Assembly (NCBI GenBank): GCA_039545335.1
Contig: BCIN01000005.1
Span: forward strand, 710,641 to 774,640
From: Kondoa subrosea
Taxonomy: Eukaryota
Length of the DNA stretch: 64,000 nucleotides
Reading direction: 5' to 3'
Of this stretch, positions 40,650 through 52,874 are shown one piece after another (the stretch's first letter is position 1; every line of letters begins with the position of its first letter). The position numbers were made by a program, and so were the translations under genes. The notes under the pieces were generated by a model. It worked only from the letters and a program-made list of their open reading frames with translations, was not told where the DNA came from and did no database searches.

Positions 40650-43134
40650 TCACCAGCCCCAAGCATTGCCATCATCCTTTGGTGGATCCGGAATACGGTC
40701 AGTCGCAACTTTAGGTGTTTCATCGCCCCAACCTGTTTTCGAATTGTAAGCTCGAATCATCTCAGATTACGCAAACACTCACCCCAATCTACAGGAAGAA
40801 GAGGCTCCTTTGGTGGTCTGGACATAGATCTTGCTCGAGGAGGATTGGCTGCTTGCGCGGGATTCTGGTTCTGAGATTGATCCGACATGATTGGACGAGC
40901 TTGCTGAACAGGCTGTCCTGCTGCTGAACTCAACCCATTCGTCCGAGAAGCGGAAGGCCCTGTGGGAGGAGGTACAGCGTGATTGGGCTGATGCTGTTGA
41001 TGTATTTGCGAAGCTGAATTAGGTTTGGAGGCAGATTTATGGAAGCCATTTGCAAGTGGTTTAGCTGTGGCTTGTGTAAGCTTTCCAAGAGCGACGAGAA
41101 GACAAGCAGTACATCCATCATCCCCGCATGATTGATAAGGATGAGGTGGAGGTTTAGGTTTCTTAGAAAAGCCTAGGAGAGTTGGCTGATGCGTAAGATT
41201 AGTACTTCAGCTATATGAAAGTACCAATGGACTTACTTGAGGAGAACCTGGTCTTGATGGTGCATATGAACTAGGAGCATAAGCACTTGCGCTCCCAAAC
41301 CCATTAAGCTGATGATTAGCGAAAGAATCTTCAGCCGCTCGACTTCTCCCTCTTGGTCTACTAGCAGCTCGCATTGATCTCGAATCGTCTTCCAATTCCC
41401 GTTGCATTGCTCTTCCTCTTTCTTCAGCTTGATATTCATCCATCAAATCCGCTGGTCTTACTCTGCTCTTGCTTCGAGCTCTTCTATTCACAGGCGGCGG
41501 AGAAGGAGAGGCTGATTCCCTGTGATGATGCCTAGATTGACTTCGTTCCCTTCTAGGAGGTGGTGATTCGGAGGGAGAAGCTCGAGCATGCCGAGATCGA
41601 CTTTGATTTTTGCGAGCGGGAGGTGAGTCAGATCGATCTCTGTGCGCAGGTCTACTTCGACTGCGATGCCGCCTTGATGGAGGCGATTCTGATCTGCTTG
41701 AAGCGGCTGCACGACTGCGACTGCGGCCACGGGTGGAAGGAGGACTTCTGCTTCTCCGTCGAGGCGACAATGCTCTGGTTGGACTGCGATAATGTTCGAA
41801 ATCATCTCTTCGACTCGGTCTAGGAGGTGGGGAGTTGCGATAGCTAGGAGAAGACTTAGAACCACCTTGAGCTGGATTGCTTCTGCTAGAGTCATAATTT
41901 GGGTGAGCTGTAGTCGCTCGAGGCGCGACTGCAGGCCTGCTGTGATCCACATCGCCCCAAGCTGATTGTCCACCATTAGAGTTCCTGTCCAAACCAGAAT
42001 CCACGCGACTTCTTTTCGTTGGTCTTGTATCCCCAGAATCGCCCCAAGGTGAGTTGCCAGGTTGACGATCATTGAGCAAACGATATGAATCAGACGTTGA
42101 TCTCTTGGCGGGAACACTATCGTCATTATCCCAACCCCAACCTTCAGCAGCAGGTGGTGCACTTGCTTTAACGGGTTGCGACTGCTGAGGTGTAGGCGCA
42201 TCTCCCCAAGCATGATCTTCAGCGTGAAAGACTCGAGCTGGCGCTGAAGATGTACCGGGATTGCCCCAAGTCGAATCAGGGCGAGCAGATAGAGTTGAGG
42301 TAGAAGCTCGGGGTTCAGAAGGAGGGCTAGGTATGTTTCTCCGGGGATCCAGGGTACGAACGGGTAGAGGAGGCGAATCTTCAAGCTGAAATGGAGGCGG
42401 CTCTCCTTCAGGTGTTGGAGGTTGTGCTGATAGTTCGAATCAGTGAAGCTCTAGCCAATGACGGAAATGCATACTGGTAGGATCTTCCTCGTCATTCCAC
42501 TCATAGAACGTCTGAGGCTTAGGCGGTCCAAGTCGTTGAGATAAGTCTGGAGTCTTGCTCTAGCTCATCCTAGAGACAAATGGGAATATGCAACTGACTT
42601 ATTGCGAAACTTCTTCGGCCGTCACCCCAAGGGAAGTCTTCAGGCGTATTACCTCTTGCTGCAGGTCGACTTGGTGCACGTCTATCGTCTCTATAGTCAT
42701 TTCTATCTCTTGATGCGCCTCTGCTTCGGCCTCGCGGTTCTCTGCTTCTTGATCTTGATCTTGCCCTAGGAGCAGACAGTCGAGGCTACAATTCAGATCA
42801 GCTACGATAACAGCAGCCTCATCTGACGACAACTCACCCGAGGTGGTAATCCAATGCTGCGTGACATGACAGGCTCAGGTTCAGCCGCGGTAGGCGGTTT
42901 AGCTCCCCAGCGATTCTGGGTGAGAGGCGCAGTGTTTGCTGTGCAACATAGCCCGACTTGAGCATGCCCATAGGTGCTGTCATTACGCTTGCTCTCACCT
43001 GCTGTTACGGTTTCCTGGTTATACCTGGATTTCTTCTTGCCTGCTACAGGCGGTTCGTCATATTCAGACCACTGCCCTTCTTCATAGCTGTCCGGCGTCG
43101 ACGCTGCTAGCATAGCCAGCCTCTCCGGATTCAT
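40650..43134 (-). CDS. Disordered RS-rich protein with dispersed WG/GW motifs (candidate Argonaute-hook protein)
   Basis: Spliced model begins MNPERLAML and ends DDGNAWGW*. Motifs NRWGA, FPWGD, STWGN, HAWGD, EGWGWD, SPWGD, SAWGD, VDWGWGD, NAWGW; RSRSRSR tracts; HPYQSCGDDGCTAC. Confidence 0.75.
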
Positions 43135-43706
43135 GATTTTGAGAGATTTAGAGACAAATGATCGCTTGTCCTAGCACGGCCAAACAGCTTGGTTCCTGGA
43201 GTCCTTGAGAGCGGCTCTCTTCCTCAATTCGTTCAAAGAGATGGCAGTTGCAGAACAGATATAAATTTGGCGCCCGCGTTTTCAAAGATTCGAAGCGAAA
43301 CTGAGATAAGCAAAATCTATTGCATGAAGCCAGCACTTGGCAGGCTGTGTGCATCAGCACTGATGGACCCTGCAAATATCCTTTGCTGCTTTCATTGTTC
43401 GCGCAGAGTCTTGGGCAGTCTCAGATGAATGCAAATAGAGACAGTACTTAGGCATGCAGCAGCGCTGTGTCTTTACTTTAGTACTCGCGCATGGATGTCT
43501 GCTCTTGGAAACAACCGTTGTCTTGAAGACGGTGTGATCCAAGCTCATACTATTTCCCTTTATCGTTTCGAGCTGCTCTTCTCATCTTATGCCATTTGAC
43601 GTTTGCCTTCCGTCAAGGCTTGTTCTTCGAGCTTGACCAATCCTTCATGCTGTCAGATACACCGTATCCGCTTTGATCTACATCGCTTGTGCATAGCCAG
43701 CTCTCC

Positions 43707-45155
43707 ATGAGCTATTCCTTGTCAGTCAGTCTCTTAATCAGTAGCAAGCTTTATGCTCATGAAAGAGTCAGTGGGAAGCGCTCGAATGTTGTAGCAGCAC
43801 GAAGAGGGTCAGCCATTGATGCATCTATAGAATCTGAAACATGCTGACTCCTATGTTATAAGGGATTTGGCAACTTGCTATTGTCCCGCTGCTTACCTCA
43901 CTCCAGTACTACTTTTCAGTATCCTTGGTCTGGAGTCAGCAGCAGTCTACCTTATTCTTTCATTCTTCTTCGCCGAGAAGTTCTGGCTTATTCGACTCAT
44001 CTCTTCTTCTGGCCCGGAAGTCCAAATCTCACTCTTGCGGACCTGCGCTCGACTTTTGGCGACAGACGACTTCCAATGTTCGAAACTAAGATTCAGCTTA
44101 AATATCAATTCTCTGAATATCCCAGAAGAAGCAAAATCAGAACTCGCCAGTTTCAGTCAAGAATCGTTATCATATGCCTTTGTGGTCTTTCCAATAGTTG
44201 GTGGACTGGTAGTGATGGCATTGCTACTTTATGCAGGAGGATATATGCTACGGCGGTCTTGTTTTGCTTGTTTCGGTAGAGGTAATGTAAGTGTTCTTGC
44301 CTTGTTAGTTTGTCTTGAAATCATCTGATAGTGTCTTATAGCTTCCTGCATTCGGCATCTTTTCTATCGCAAGTATAGCAAGTACGAGTGCAGCGACAGT
44401 CTCTATTTATTATCTCGTTCGTACAAGAATTAAGGCTGGCAAAGATCGCTCCAGTCTCAACACGGCTGCATTGGCATTAATGGCTACGGCAGTCTTATCT
44501 CTCATACTAGCATGGGGTCTCAGCATATTTTGGTACTTTCAGATGAGGAAATTGGACGACCCGGATGCTGATTGGTTAGAAGATGATTCTGGAACGGAAA
44601 TTGCACGATGGACAGAGCATATACCTTCAACTCCTGATCCTATGGCCGATCGGACACCTCGGACTCCAGCTCAACCTCCAGCTTTACCTATGAAAGATCA
44701 CTCCTCTTCCTTCTATAATCAAGCTTCACCTTTTCCTCCTCCTGGCACACTATCAAATCAACCAAACTCTTCTCCTGCACCAATCCCTTCTTTCGTCGTC
44801 GCACCGCCGACTCCTAGAATCACTTCACCAGGAATAAGACCAAGTGTTCTTGTGCAACCTGCATCGATATCGAGAACGCTTTCACCTAAATCTCCTCCTA
44901 CTCAACAGATGTATCAACCTAAATCACCTAGAGAAAACTTCAAGAAACCTCCTGTATATGCAGCGAGCAGTCGATATAGTCAAGTGAGTTCAATTCCCTT
45001 TCTTCCTTGATGTTGAAGCTGACGCGATCTTGTAGAGCACCTTTATGCCTAATTCTACTGCTACTAGACAAAATGATTCGCTGAATACACCTGCAGTTCC
45101 AGCATTCGAAGCACAATCAAGTATTTACAGTCAACTAAGTGAAGCGAGAATATAA
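43707..45155 (+). CDS. Four-TM membrane protein with Cys-containing first loop and Pro-rich tail (SUR7/PalI-like topology)
   Basis: Hydrophobic segments (AAVYLILSFFF; FVVFPIVGGLVVMALLLYAGG; FGIFSIASIAS…VSIYYLV; LALMATAVLSLILAWGLSIFWYF), loop CARLLATDDFQC, P/S-rich C-terminus. Start approximate. Confidence 0.6.
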
Positions 45156-45314
45156 CACGTCGGGGCATTAGTGGTCTTAATGATATTATATAGAGTGTAC
45201 ACAGTCTTTGCTTCGCGAGAGATGACATTCCATCGGTCGTTCGGAAGAGCCATCCGAGGCCGTCGCGAGAGAGAGAGGGGAGCTTGTCATAACCCTTCAT
45301 CAACAAATCCAGAC

Positions 45315-47601
45315 ATGGCACAGCAAGGACAGCAATCACAAGGACAGCCTTATGCTGATCAACCATTGTGCGCGAGACCGCTTCCACGGAATCGAGAGTC
45401 TGAGCTGATTTTGTTTGGCACAACACCCTTACTAGACATCCTCTAGCTGTTCTTATAGGTTAGCTCAGCCTGAGTCCTACACTTAATATGAGCTCAACGA
45501 TGAGGGCGGGCAGATGAATTACGAGGGGAAGACGTTACTCTACGCTTGAACGCAATTCGAAGATTGTCGACTATCGCTCTAGCTTTAGGACCTGAACGCG
45601 CTCGTGATGAGCTGATTCCTTTCTTGCAAGAATCTCTAGACGATGAAGATGAAGTCTTGCTTGTGCTGGCAGAGGAAATTGGGGGCTTAACTGAATATTG
45701 CGGTGGTGATGGATTTGCGCATCTCTTGCTTGGTCCTTTAGAGAGTTTGGCTGCTGTGGAAGAGACGTTAGTGAGGGATAAGGTAGGCCACAATGAGCAT
45801 CCAGAGATTAGATACTGAGAGGAGTCAATAACAGGCAGCTGAATCAATTAACAAGATCTGTGCTCGTCTTTCAGCTCAACAGATTGAAGATCATTACATT
45901 CCTTTAGTAAAACGTTTATCAACAGGCGACTGGTTCACATCTCGAACTTCCGCTACAGCTCTTTACGCATCAGCCTACCCTAAAGTCAAACAACCTACTC
46001 AAGAAGATCTGCGCAGAGCTTTCTGCGCGCTATGTGCAGATGAAACACCAATGGTCCGAAGAGCTGCAGCGAAAGAATTAGGTCCTTTTAGCAAAACTCA
46101 ACCGAAACCTGCTCTTTTGAGCGAAGTCATTCCTGTTTTCAAGAAACTTTCGACCGACGATCAGGATTCAGTGAGATTGTTGACGGTAGAAGCGTTGATC
46201 GCGATTGCCGAAGCTTTGGATGATGAAGAATGCAAGACCCATCTAGGCGCGACGATGAAAGCAATGGTTACAGATAAAAGCTGGAGAGTACGTTATATGG
46301 TTGCAGATCATTTCGTACGTCTGGCAACAGCAGCGGGAGAAGATATTGTTAGAGATGAGCTGGTCATGGCTTTTGTTGGTCTGTTGAAGGATAATGAAGC
46401 GGAAGTCCGAACAGCGGCCGCTGGCCAAATTCCAGGTCGGCCACAATCTAGCTTCGCTGATTATCAGCTGAGAGAGTCCTTGGTGCCCGACAGGCTTCGC
46501 AAAGCTATTGGACCGAGAAGTCATTCTCGCTCGAATTATGCCTTGCGTTCGCGACCTCTCGACCGATTCATCCCAGCATGTACGAGCAGCTCTTGGCAAC
46601 CAGATTTCCGGTCTAGCACCTCTTCTTGGCAAAGATGCCACCATTGAACACCTCTTACCTCTTTTCCTCCAACTTCTTAAAGACGATTTCCCGGATGTAA
46701 GACTCAACATCATCTCAAAGCTCGAACAAGTCAATGCGGTCATCGGTATTGAGTTACTCTCTCAAGCTCTTCTGCCGGCTATCATGCAACTAGCGGAAGA
46801 CAAACAATGGAGAGTCCGACAAGCCATTATCGAATACATTCCCCTTCTTGCACGACAATTGGGTGTTCAATTCTTTGACGATTCGCTCGGGAACCTATGT
46901 ATGGGTTGGTTAGGCGATCCAGTCTTTTCGATCAGAGAATCAGCCACCATCAATCTGAGGAAATTGACCGAAGTCTTTGGCGTGGAATGGGCAAGACAAG
47001 CGATCATTCCTAAAGTTCTGGTTATGGGTAACAACCCGAATTACCTCTTCAGAATGACCACCATCTTTGCTATCACGGTGCGTGACATCATCTATGTGCT
47101 CGACAAGAGCTGACAGTGAAATATGACGCACAGACTATGGCATCAGCACTTAATGCAGAAGTCATCCGCTCTTCCGTCTTAGAAACAGTCAACAACCTCG
47201 TCTCGGACACAGTACCTAATATCCGTTTCAACGTAGCTAAATGTCTCGAAGTCTTGGCTGAACGTCTGCACGGCGAGCAAGGCGGTCAAGCACTCGTGGT
47301 AGATGGCATCATTCCTGGTTTAGAAAAACTAAAAGCCGATCCTGATGCGGATGTGAGGTTCTTTGCTATCAAGGGATTAGAGGTTCGTGAGACCGCTTGA
47401 GGCTTTTAGCGTCACGCTAATAGCCTTTGTGCGCGCGAACAGATTGCATCAGCTGTTGCTAGAGGAGAGCAACCGAGAAGAGGCTCTCTCCCATCTCAAC
47501 CAAACACTCAACCACAGCAATTACAGAAAGAACAACTTGAAGCGATACCTTTACCAGCATCAACAGCTCCTTCTTCTGGTGATGTAGAGATGTCGAGCTA
47601 G
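45315..47601 (+). CDS. TPD3: Protein phosphatase 2A scaffold (A) subunit, HEAT repeats
   Basis: [104 protein letters not shown]. Confidence 0.97.
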
Positions 47602-48151
47602 ATTTCTTTCCGCGGCGCGTACGTATAATCATCGTTCATGAAGGAGTAGAAAGCTAGTCAAGACAGACTTTCTGGGTAGAGAAGGAGATTTTTTGGTTTC
47701 ATTCTGGATTGGGTGGCCTTGTTTGTGTTATGTGACGAGAAGAAATGATATAATGAAACTACTCTGTGTTGGACTGCGACTCTAAGCTCAAAGATATAGA
47801 TATAGTTTGGAAAGTGAGTCGCGCCTCGATAAAGTTGTTTTGATTTGTACCAAGTAACTCTTTCTCACCGAAACTGCGACTCGCTCTACGTGTTGGCGCG
47901 ATTGCTTCGATGTACAACAAGATATCTGAGCGTGAGTCGCAAGAAGCTGGGTTCTATTCTTTCACTGGCCTTTTTTTCGCCTGAGCGTGTTTCCACAACT
48001 CCTCTACTTCGCAATCCGTGTCCTAATCTAAGGACTGAAGGATCTGCTGCACAAGACCTCAGCTCTATGTTTCGCTCAAGTCTCTTGCATTGTCCTGCAT
48101 ACTGAGGGAACATCAAAGCTGATTCTCTGTATTTGTGCCCGCACAGAATCA

Positions 48152-49709
48152 TTGATCTATACGCGGTCTGGCACGCAACAGGATGAGAACACCAGACCTA
48201 GTATACGTGGACAGATCTCTGGTCCCATACAATTAACAGTCAATAGCGGCAAACCTGCTTCCTCGAACGGAAACCCAGCACAAAAGAAGAAGAGACCTGG
48301 CAGAAACGATGTGATAGATACTCTGGACAATACTGGCTCGTTATTTGGAGTAGCAGCTCATCATGATGGTCCATTCGATTGCGTGTCTTCCAATAGAAAT
48401 CGCGCGAATGCATCAAGACCTTCTCCTATGGCTGCCTTCAATGGTTTACCACCTATTCAGCAACAACGCAATGGCTTGAAACCACCTAATTCAACCAACC
48501 CAAGACTATCGCCCAGAGCGAATGCTGCCTTGAATGCAATGGATAATCTGGATTTGGACGGAACAAGCACAGGCGGGCCTTATGGATTATCTGGTAAGTC
48601 ATCGTGTCGTAGTGCTTCGAGTCTTTGTTAAGAGCAAGATCAGGCTTCTCTTCTGCTTCCACGACCCCTTCCAACCGATCAAGGCGGAATTCAGATGGTG
48701 CTCTTTCTACCCATTCTGTACATCTTGGCTATCCAACACCTGTTTTCAGTCGAAGTGCTTCTTACGCGAATGAGAATGATCAGGAGAATAGCGCACTATT
48801 ACCTGATACTGTAGTAACCAAATCGCAAGCTATCAAAAGCGCTCGATTGGCCGAAGCGTTCGGTATACAAGACTCTGAAGCGTGGGAAGATTTTGGGAGA
48901 AGTGCTTATGATCGAGCTAGCGCAAATAGGGATACGGTCTATATTCCTTCAGACGGGCAATTGAAGGACGATCGAAACATGCCCAAACCTAAACTGGATA
49001 AAGCGTCGAGGGCCAACCGAGTAGCAAGTGTCTGGGACATGGAAGCGACTTTGCGAGAAGGCAAACCAGTAGCATCAGGTGAGCGTTTCCGCGAAATATA
49101 GAGGTAGAACTAAGAATCTTTATGTAGCTCCAGCTATGCCTGCTTTACCTTCGGCATATCAGAATGAGAAACAGGATATTTCAGCTCCATCTGAACAAGT
49201 CTCGCCAACCACAGGTATCAAGCGGTCGAAATCCCTTATGCAACGAATTCGGAAATCTCGCAATGCGCCCTCAGCACCTCTACCTAACGCAACATTGGAC
49301 GACCAAGCACCTTCTCCTACTTCTCCACCGACACCTTCTTCAACTCTACCTGGCTCTGCTGGTTCGCCAAGTCTGCACCGAGCGAAATCTCGTCTGGAAG
49401 CTGCAGAAGCGGCTAAAAGGGGTCAAATCTCACATCCTATGCCCTCAACCGATGCTGCAATCTTTTCAAATTATCCTGCCCCGCTGATGAACCTGAAGGG
49501 GGATAATTTTGCTGAGAACCCTCATTTTGGCAAGTGAGTCCTTTCCTTCTCACTTATGCAAATAGGCTAATCGAGCTACCAACGGTGACAGTCGGGCGTC
49601 TGTGACTGCTGATCTGCTAGACAACTTGATGTTATCTGATGATCAAGACGAGAAGTATTCGGATGCAGTGGATGCAGCTTGGCTGGCTCCCATGGTACAT
49701 AAGCGGTGA
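48152..49709 (+). CDS. Pal1 cell-morphology/endocytic protein family; 5' end approximate
   Basis: Pal1 motif DVIDTLDNTGSLFG…HHDGPFDCVSSNRN…SPMAAF; EAWEDFG, SVWDMEATLREG, KRSKSLMQRIRK. Confidence 0.75.
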
Positions 49710-49857
49710 TGGGCTCATGAGAAGTTAGAGTAGTGTATAGATCTTGTTGTCGTTGCGTTTAGGACAGCTGGGCTGGAATGTATTGCTTGTCACGCTGGGT
49801 CAAACGTCACCGACTTGGGCAAGCCTTAGTCACCTTTCCCATTTCCACCAAGACGAC

Positions 49858-51269
49858 ATGGTCCAGACTGAAGCTCTCGTGCTCAAGCAAGGGTCTGTCA
49901 AACTCCATCATGCTTACTGGTCTCGCTTGATATGCAATGCAGGCAGTTTGTGCTAGAGACTGGAGTAGAGACCGAAGCTCTGGGTCAAGCAGATCTGCTA
50001 GTATCAGTCAAAGCGATCTCAGTAAACGTGCGTCCTCGTCTTGCTCTTCTTCTGTTCCACTTGGGTCGATTCAAATGGATTTGCACGTCAGCCTGTCGAC
50101 ACGAAAGTACGCAAAGGTTACGGAAACGCGTCGGACAAGGACAAGATTCTCGGTTATGACTGTGCTGGAGTAGTAGAGCAGGTTGGCTCGCAATGTAAGC
50201 TGTTCAAAGTCGGTGACGAGGTAATTCATTCACATTACGTACACACCGTATAGGCATGATCTGACAGTTTGAGGTAGGTCTGGTACGCTGGCAGCATTGC
50301 ACGTCAAGGAACCAATGCAAAGAAGCATGTTGTAGAAGAACGTCTGGTTGCTCTGAAGCCCAAGTCACTTTCTTTCGCTGAGGCTGCAGCGCTTCCCTTA
50401 ACTACAATTACTGCTTACGAAGCGCTCTTCATTCATATGAATCTGCACGCCAATAGCGAAGGCTGGTTACTCGTCAACGGAGGAGCTGGAGGAGTCGGAT
50501 CAATCATGATACAGCTAGCGAAACAACTCACCAAGCTCAAAGTCATCGCTACGGCTTCTAGACCAGAGACAGTCGACTACTGCAAGAAAATGGGAGCAGA
50601 TCACGTAGTCAATCATCACAATCTGCTAGAAGAAGTAAAAGCCATCACTCCGCAAGTCAATTACATCTTATCTTCTTACTCCACGCAAGAAGGTATCGAT
50701 ATCTTTGTCCAGCTTCTAGCTTCTCGAGGTCGAGTTGTGGCGATTGATGAGCCAAAAGGTGCGCTTGACACCAAAGCAGCATCGACTATACTGAGATCAT
50801 TCTGAAAGGCCTCGACACTTCTTCTTTCCAATCAAAGAGCGCTGGTTGGCATTGGGTACGTCTGATAACGCGTTAACACCGCCATTGGCTGACTGTTCGG
50901 CGACAGGAATTCATGTGTCAGTCTCGCTGGAACTCATATAGTGCACAGTCTGAATGAAGTACAGTTTCTGTCGCACTTAATGAGCCTGGAAACACATCGC
51001 AACATGAACTCTTGAAACAAGTTGCCGAAATGGTCGATTCTGGCAGTGAGAGCACTTTTATAGAGTAGTTTGGGTGTTGTCTGATAATTTCCTGTCGAAA
51101 GAGATCAAGACGACCTTGAACACTAAGCTTCAGGGCTTCAGTGCTGAGAATTGTAAGTTGTGAATTGAGAACGATCGGTTCATGCTGAGACTGGTCACGT
51201 GTAGTGGAGAGAGCTCATCAGACGCTCAGCTCGGGCAAGACCATTGGCAAAGTAGTCATCGAGTTTTAG
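49858..51269 (+). CDS. Medium-chain dehydrogenase/reductase (quinone-oxidoreductase-like, 'zinc-binding alcohol dehydrogenase family')
   Basis: VKAISVNPVDTKVR, LGYDCAGVVEQVG, VWYAGSIARQGTNA, EAAALPLTTITAYEALF, NGGAGGVGSIMIQLAK, HWEFMF, GKTIGKVVIEF*. Confidence 0.9.
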
Positions 51270-51412
51270 ACTTGTATGCATATTATGTGATATAAATGTT
51301 GACAGGAAAAGCTATGTGTCCAAAGCGTCTTCGACATGTCGCTCAGGATCTCTCAGTCCAATTTCGCGACAGTATATAATCAATACAGAGAGCTGCGATC
51401 AGAAGACCGTGA

Positions 51413-52874
51413 TCACGCATTGAGACCTTCTAGTAATTCCTGCCTCCAATCGACTACTTGAATCTTCATCTTACGCTTCGGAATCTTAACAGGCCACGGT
51501 ATCCATTTCCCGCTTTGCAGGAGAAAGCAATAAACATGAGGTATACTTGGCGCATGCAGAGTTTGTGATAGCGGTGTTCGGGATTGCAGCATATTTAGAA
51601 CATTTTCCAAGCCAGGTAAGCCTTCCTGATTGGCAATCTTGAAAAATAGAAAGAAAAAGACTTTAGTACAGACAGGCTGCTGATGATGTCACAGAAGACT
51701 CACAAATGCAGCTGCTTCTTTCGCTTCGTATAATGCTGCAGAGCAAGCCTTGAAAGTTTTGCTCTTGGACAGCTGGAGATATATAACTAAGCAATTTTGA
51801 CGGATATTCGAGTTATCTTTATTGATGCCCAGAGCTACAGAAGCTAGACGAGAGAGTAAAGCAGATCTCTTAGCTGACCATTCGGTAAATCCAGCCCAGC
51901 AAACAGTATTGTTTGGAGAGACGTTGATTTGAGGTTCAGAATGGACAGGTTTCGTTTCAGGACCACTTGAGCATCGAGATAGCAAGACTTCGTGCCAATT
52001 GATTACAGGGTAGCCTTGAAGATGGAGTTGATGCGAATAATGAGCATCAATCGCCGTAGGGACTAGATCTCCTCGTTTCCCATCATCTGGTTGAAGCAGA
52101 ACCAATACAACGATACCTGAAGTGCTCATGAGTATGCGAGAGACGAAGATAATCATTATCACCTGTGGGTGATCTCTGCCGTAAATCCCGCTCATGTCTA
52201 TTTCTCTCTTCCTTCGCCATGGCTGAATTCTTGAACCCCTCGGCATCGAGCTCTTCAAAAGTCATAACGGTTGCATGTTCGATCTTGTAAAATTCTTTCT
52301 TTTCGCTAGCCCCACTTCGAGTCAAACGGATCTCAAGAACAGCATTAGCTGCGTTTTCAGGATGGCGGATGACGTCCAAAGCTGAGATAGCTGCATCTGC
52401 TAGAGCCGAACGATTCTTCTTGGTCCAACCCGCGAGATGATCTGCGGATTCAGCTTCCTGAGGTGTAAGGTCCCGATTCATCTGCTGCACTTTGACATGG
52501 TCTGCCTTATGCCGCTTCCACTGGGATACTTCAGTCAGGCTGGAAACTGGTTGTGATTTCAGAAGAAGCACCTACATCTATGAGCGACAACATGAGAAAC
52601 ATGATGTCGGAAAGGTAGTTTCTGACTGCTCACCTGCAACTTGACACGCTTGACTACAATATTTGACTCGCTTGCAAGTAGCGCATCTTTATAACGGACT
52701 TCCTGTTACTCTACGATATCAGTCGCACTCTTCTTACTTCGAAGACTGCTCAGAGCACCTGTATCGATAGAAGACTTGGCACAAGCCGGACCATCACACC
52801 TATATAAAGTGAGTTCTAACTTGAAGGCATAATAGCAGGACCTACATGTCCAAGATCTTGACTGGCTCATCCAT
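51413..52874 (-). CDS. MYND zinc-finger protein with a duplicated C-terminal domain; carries an in-frame TAA (possible pseudogene)
   Basis: CDGPAC…RCATCKRVKYCSQACQVADWKRHK. TAA at 52689-52691 falls just before RCATC. Two similar blocks GWTKKNRSALADAAISAL and EWSAKRSALLSRLASVAL. Confidence 0.7.

Noticed and set aside
41488..42384. 298-aa alternative-frame ORF overlapping the RS/WG gene
   Set aside because: Leu/Ile/Gln-rich shadow frame of a low-complexity S/P/R sequence, with a non-ATG start and no motif.
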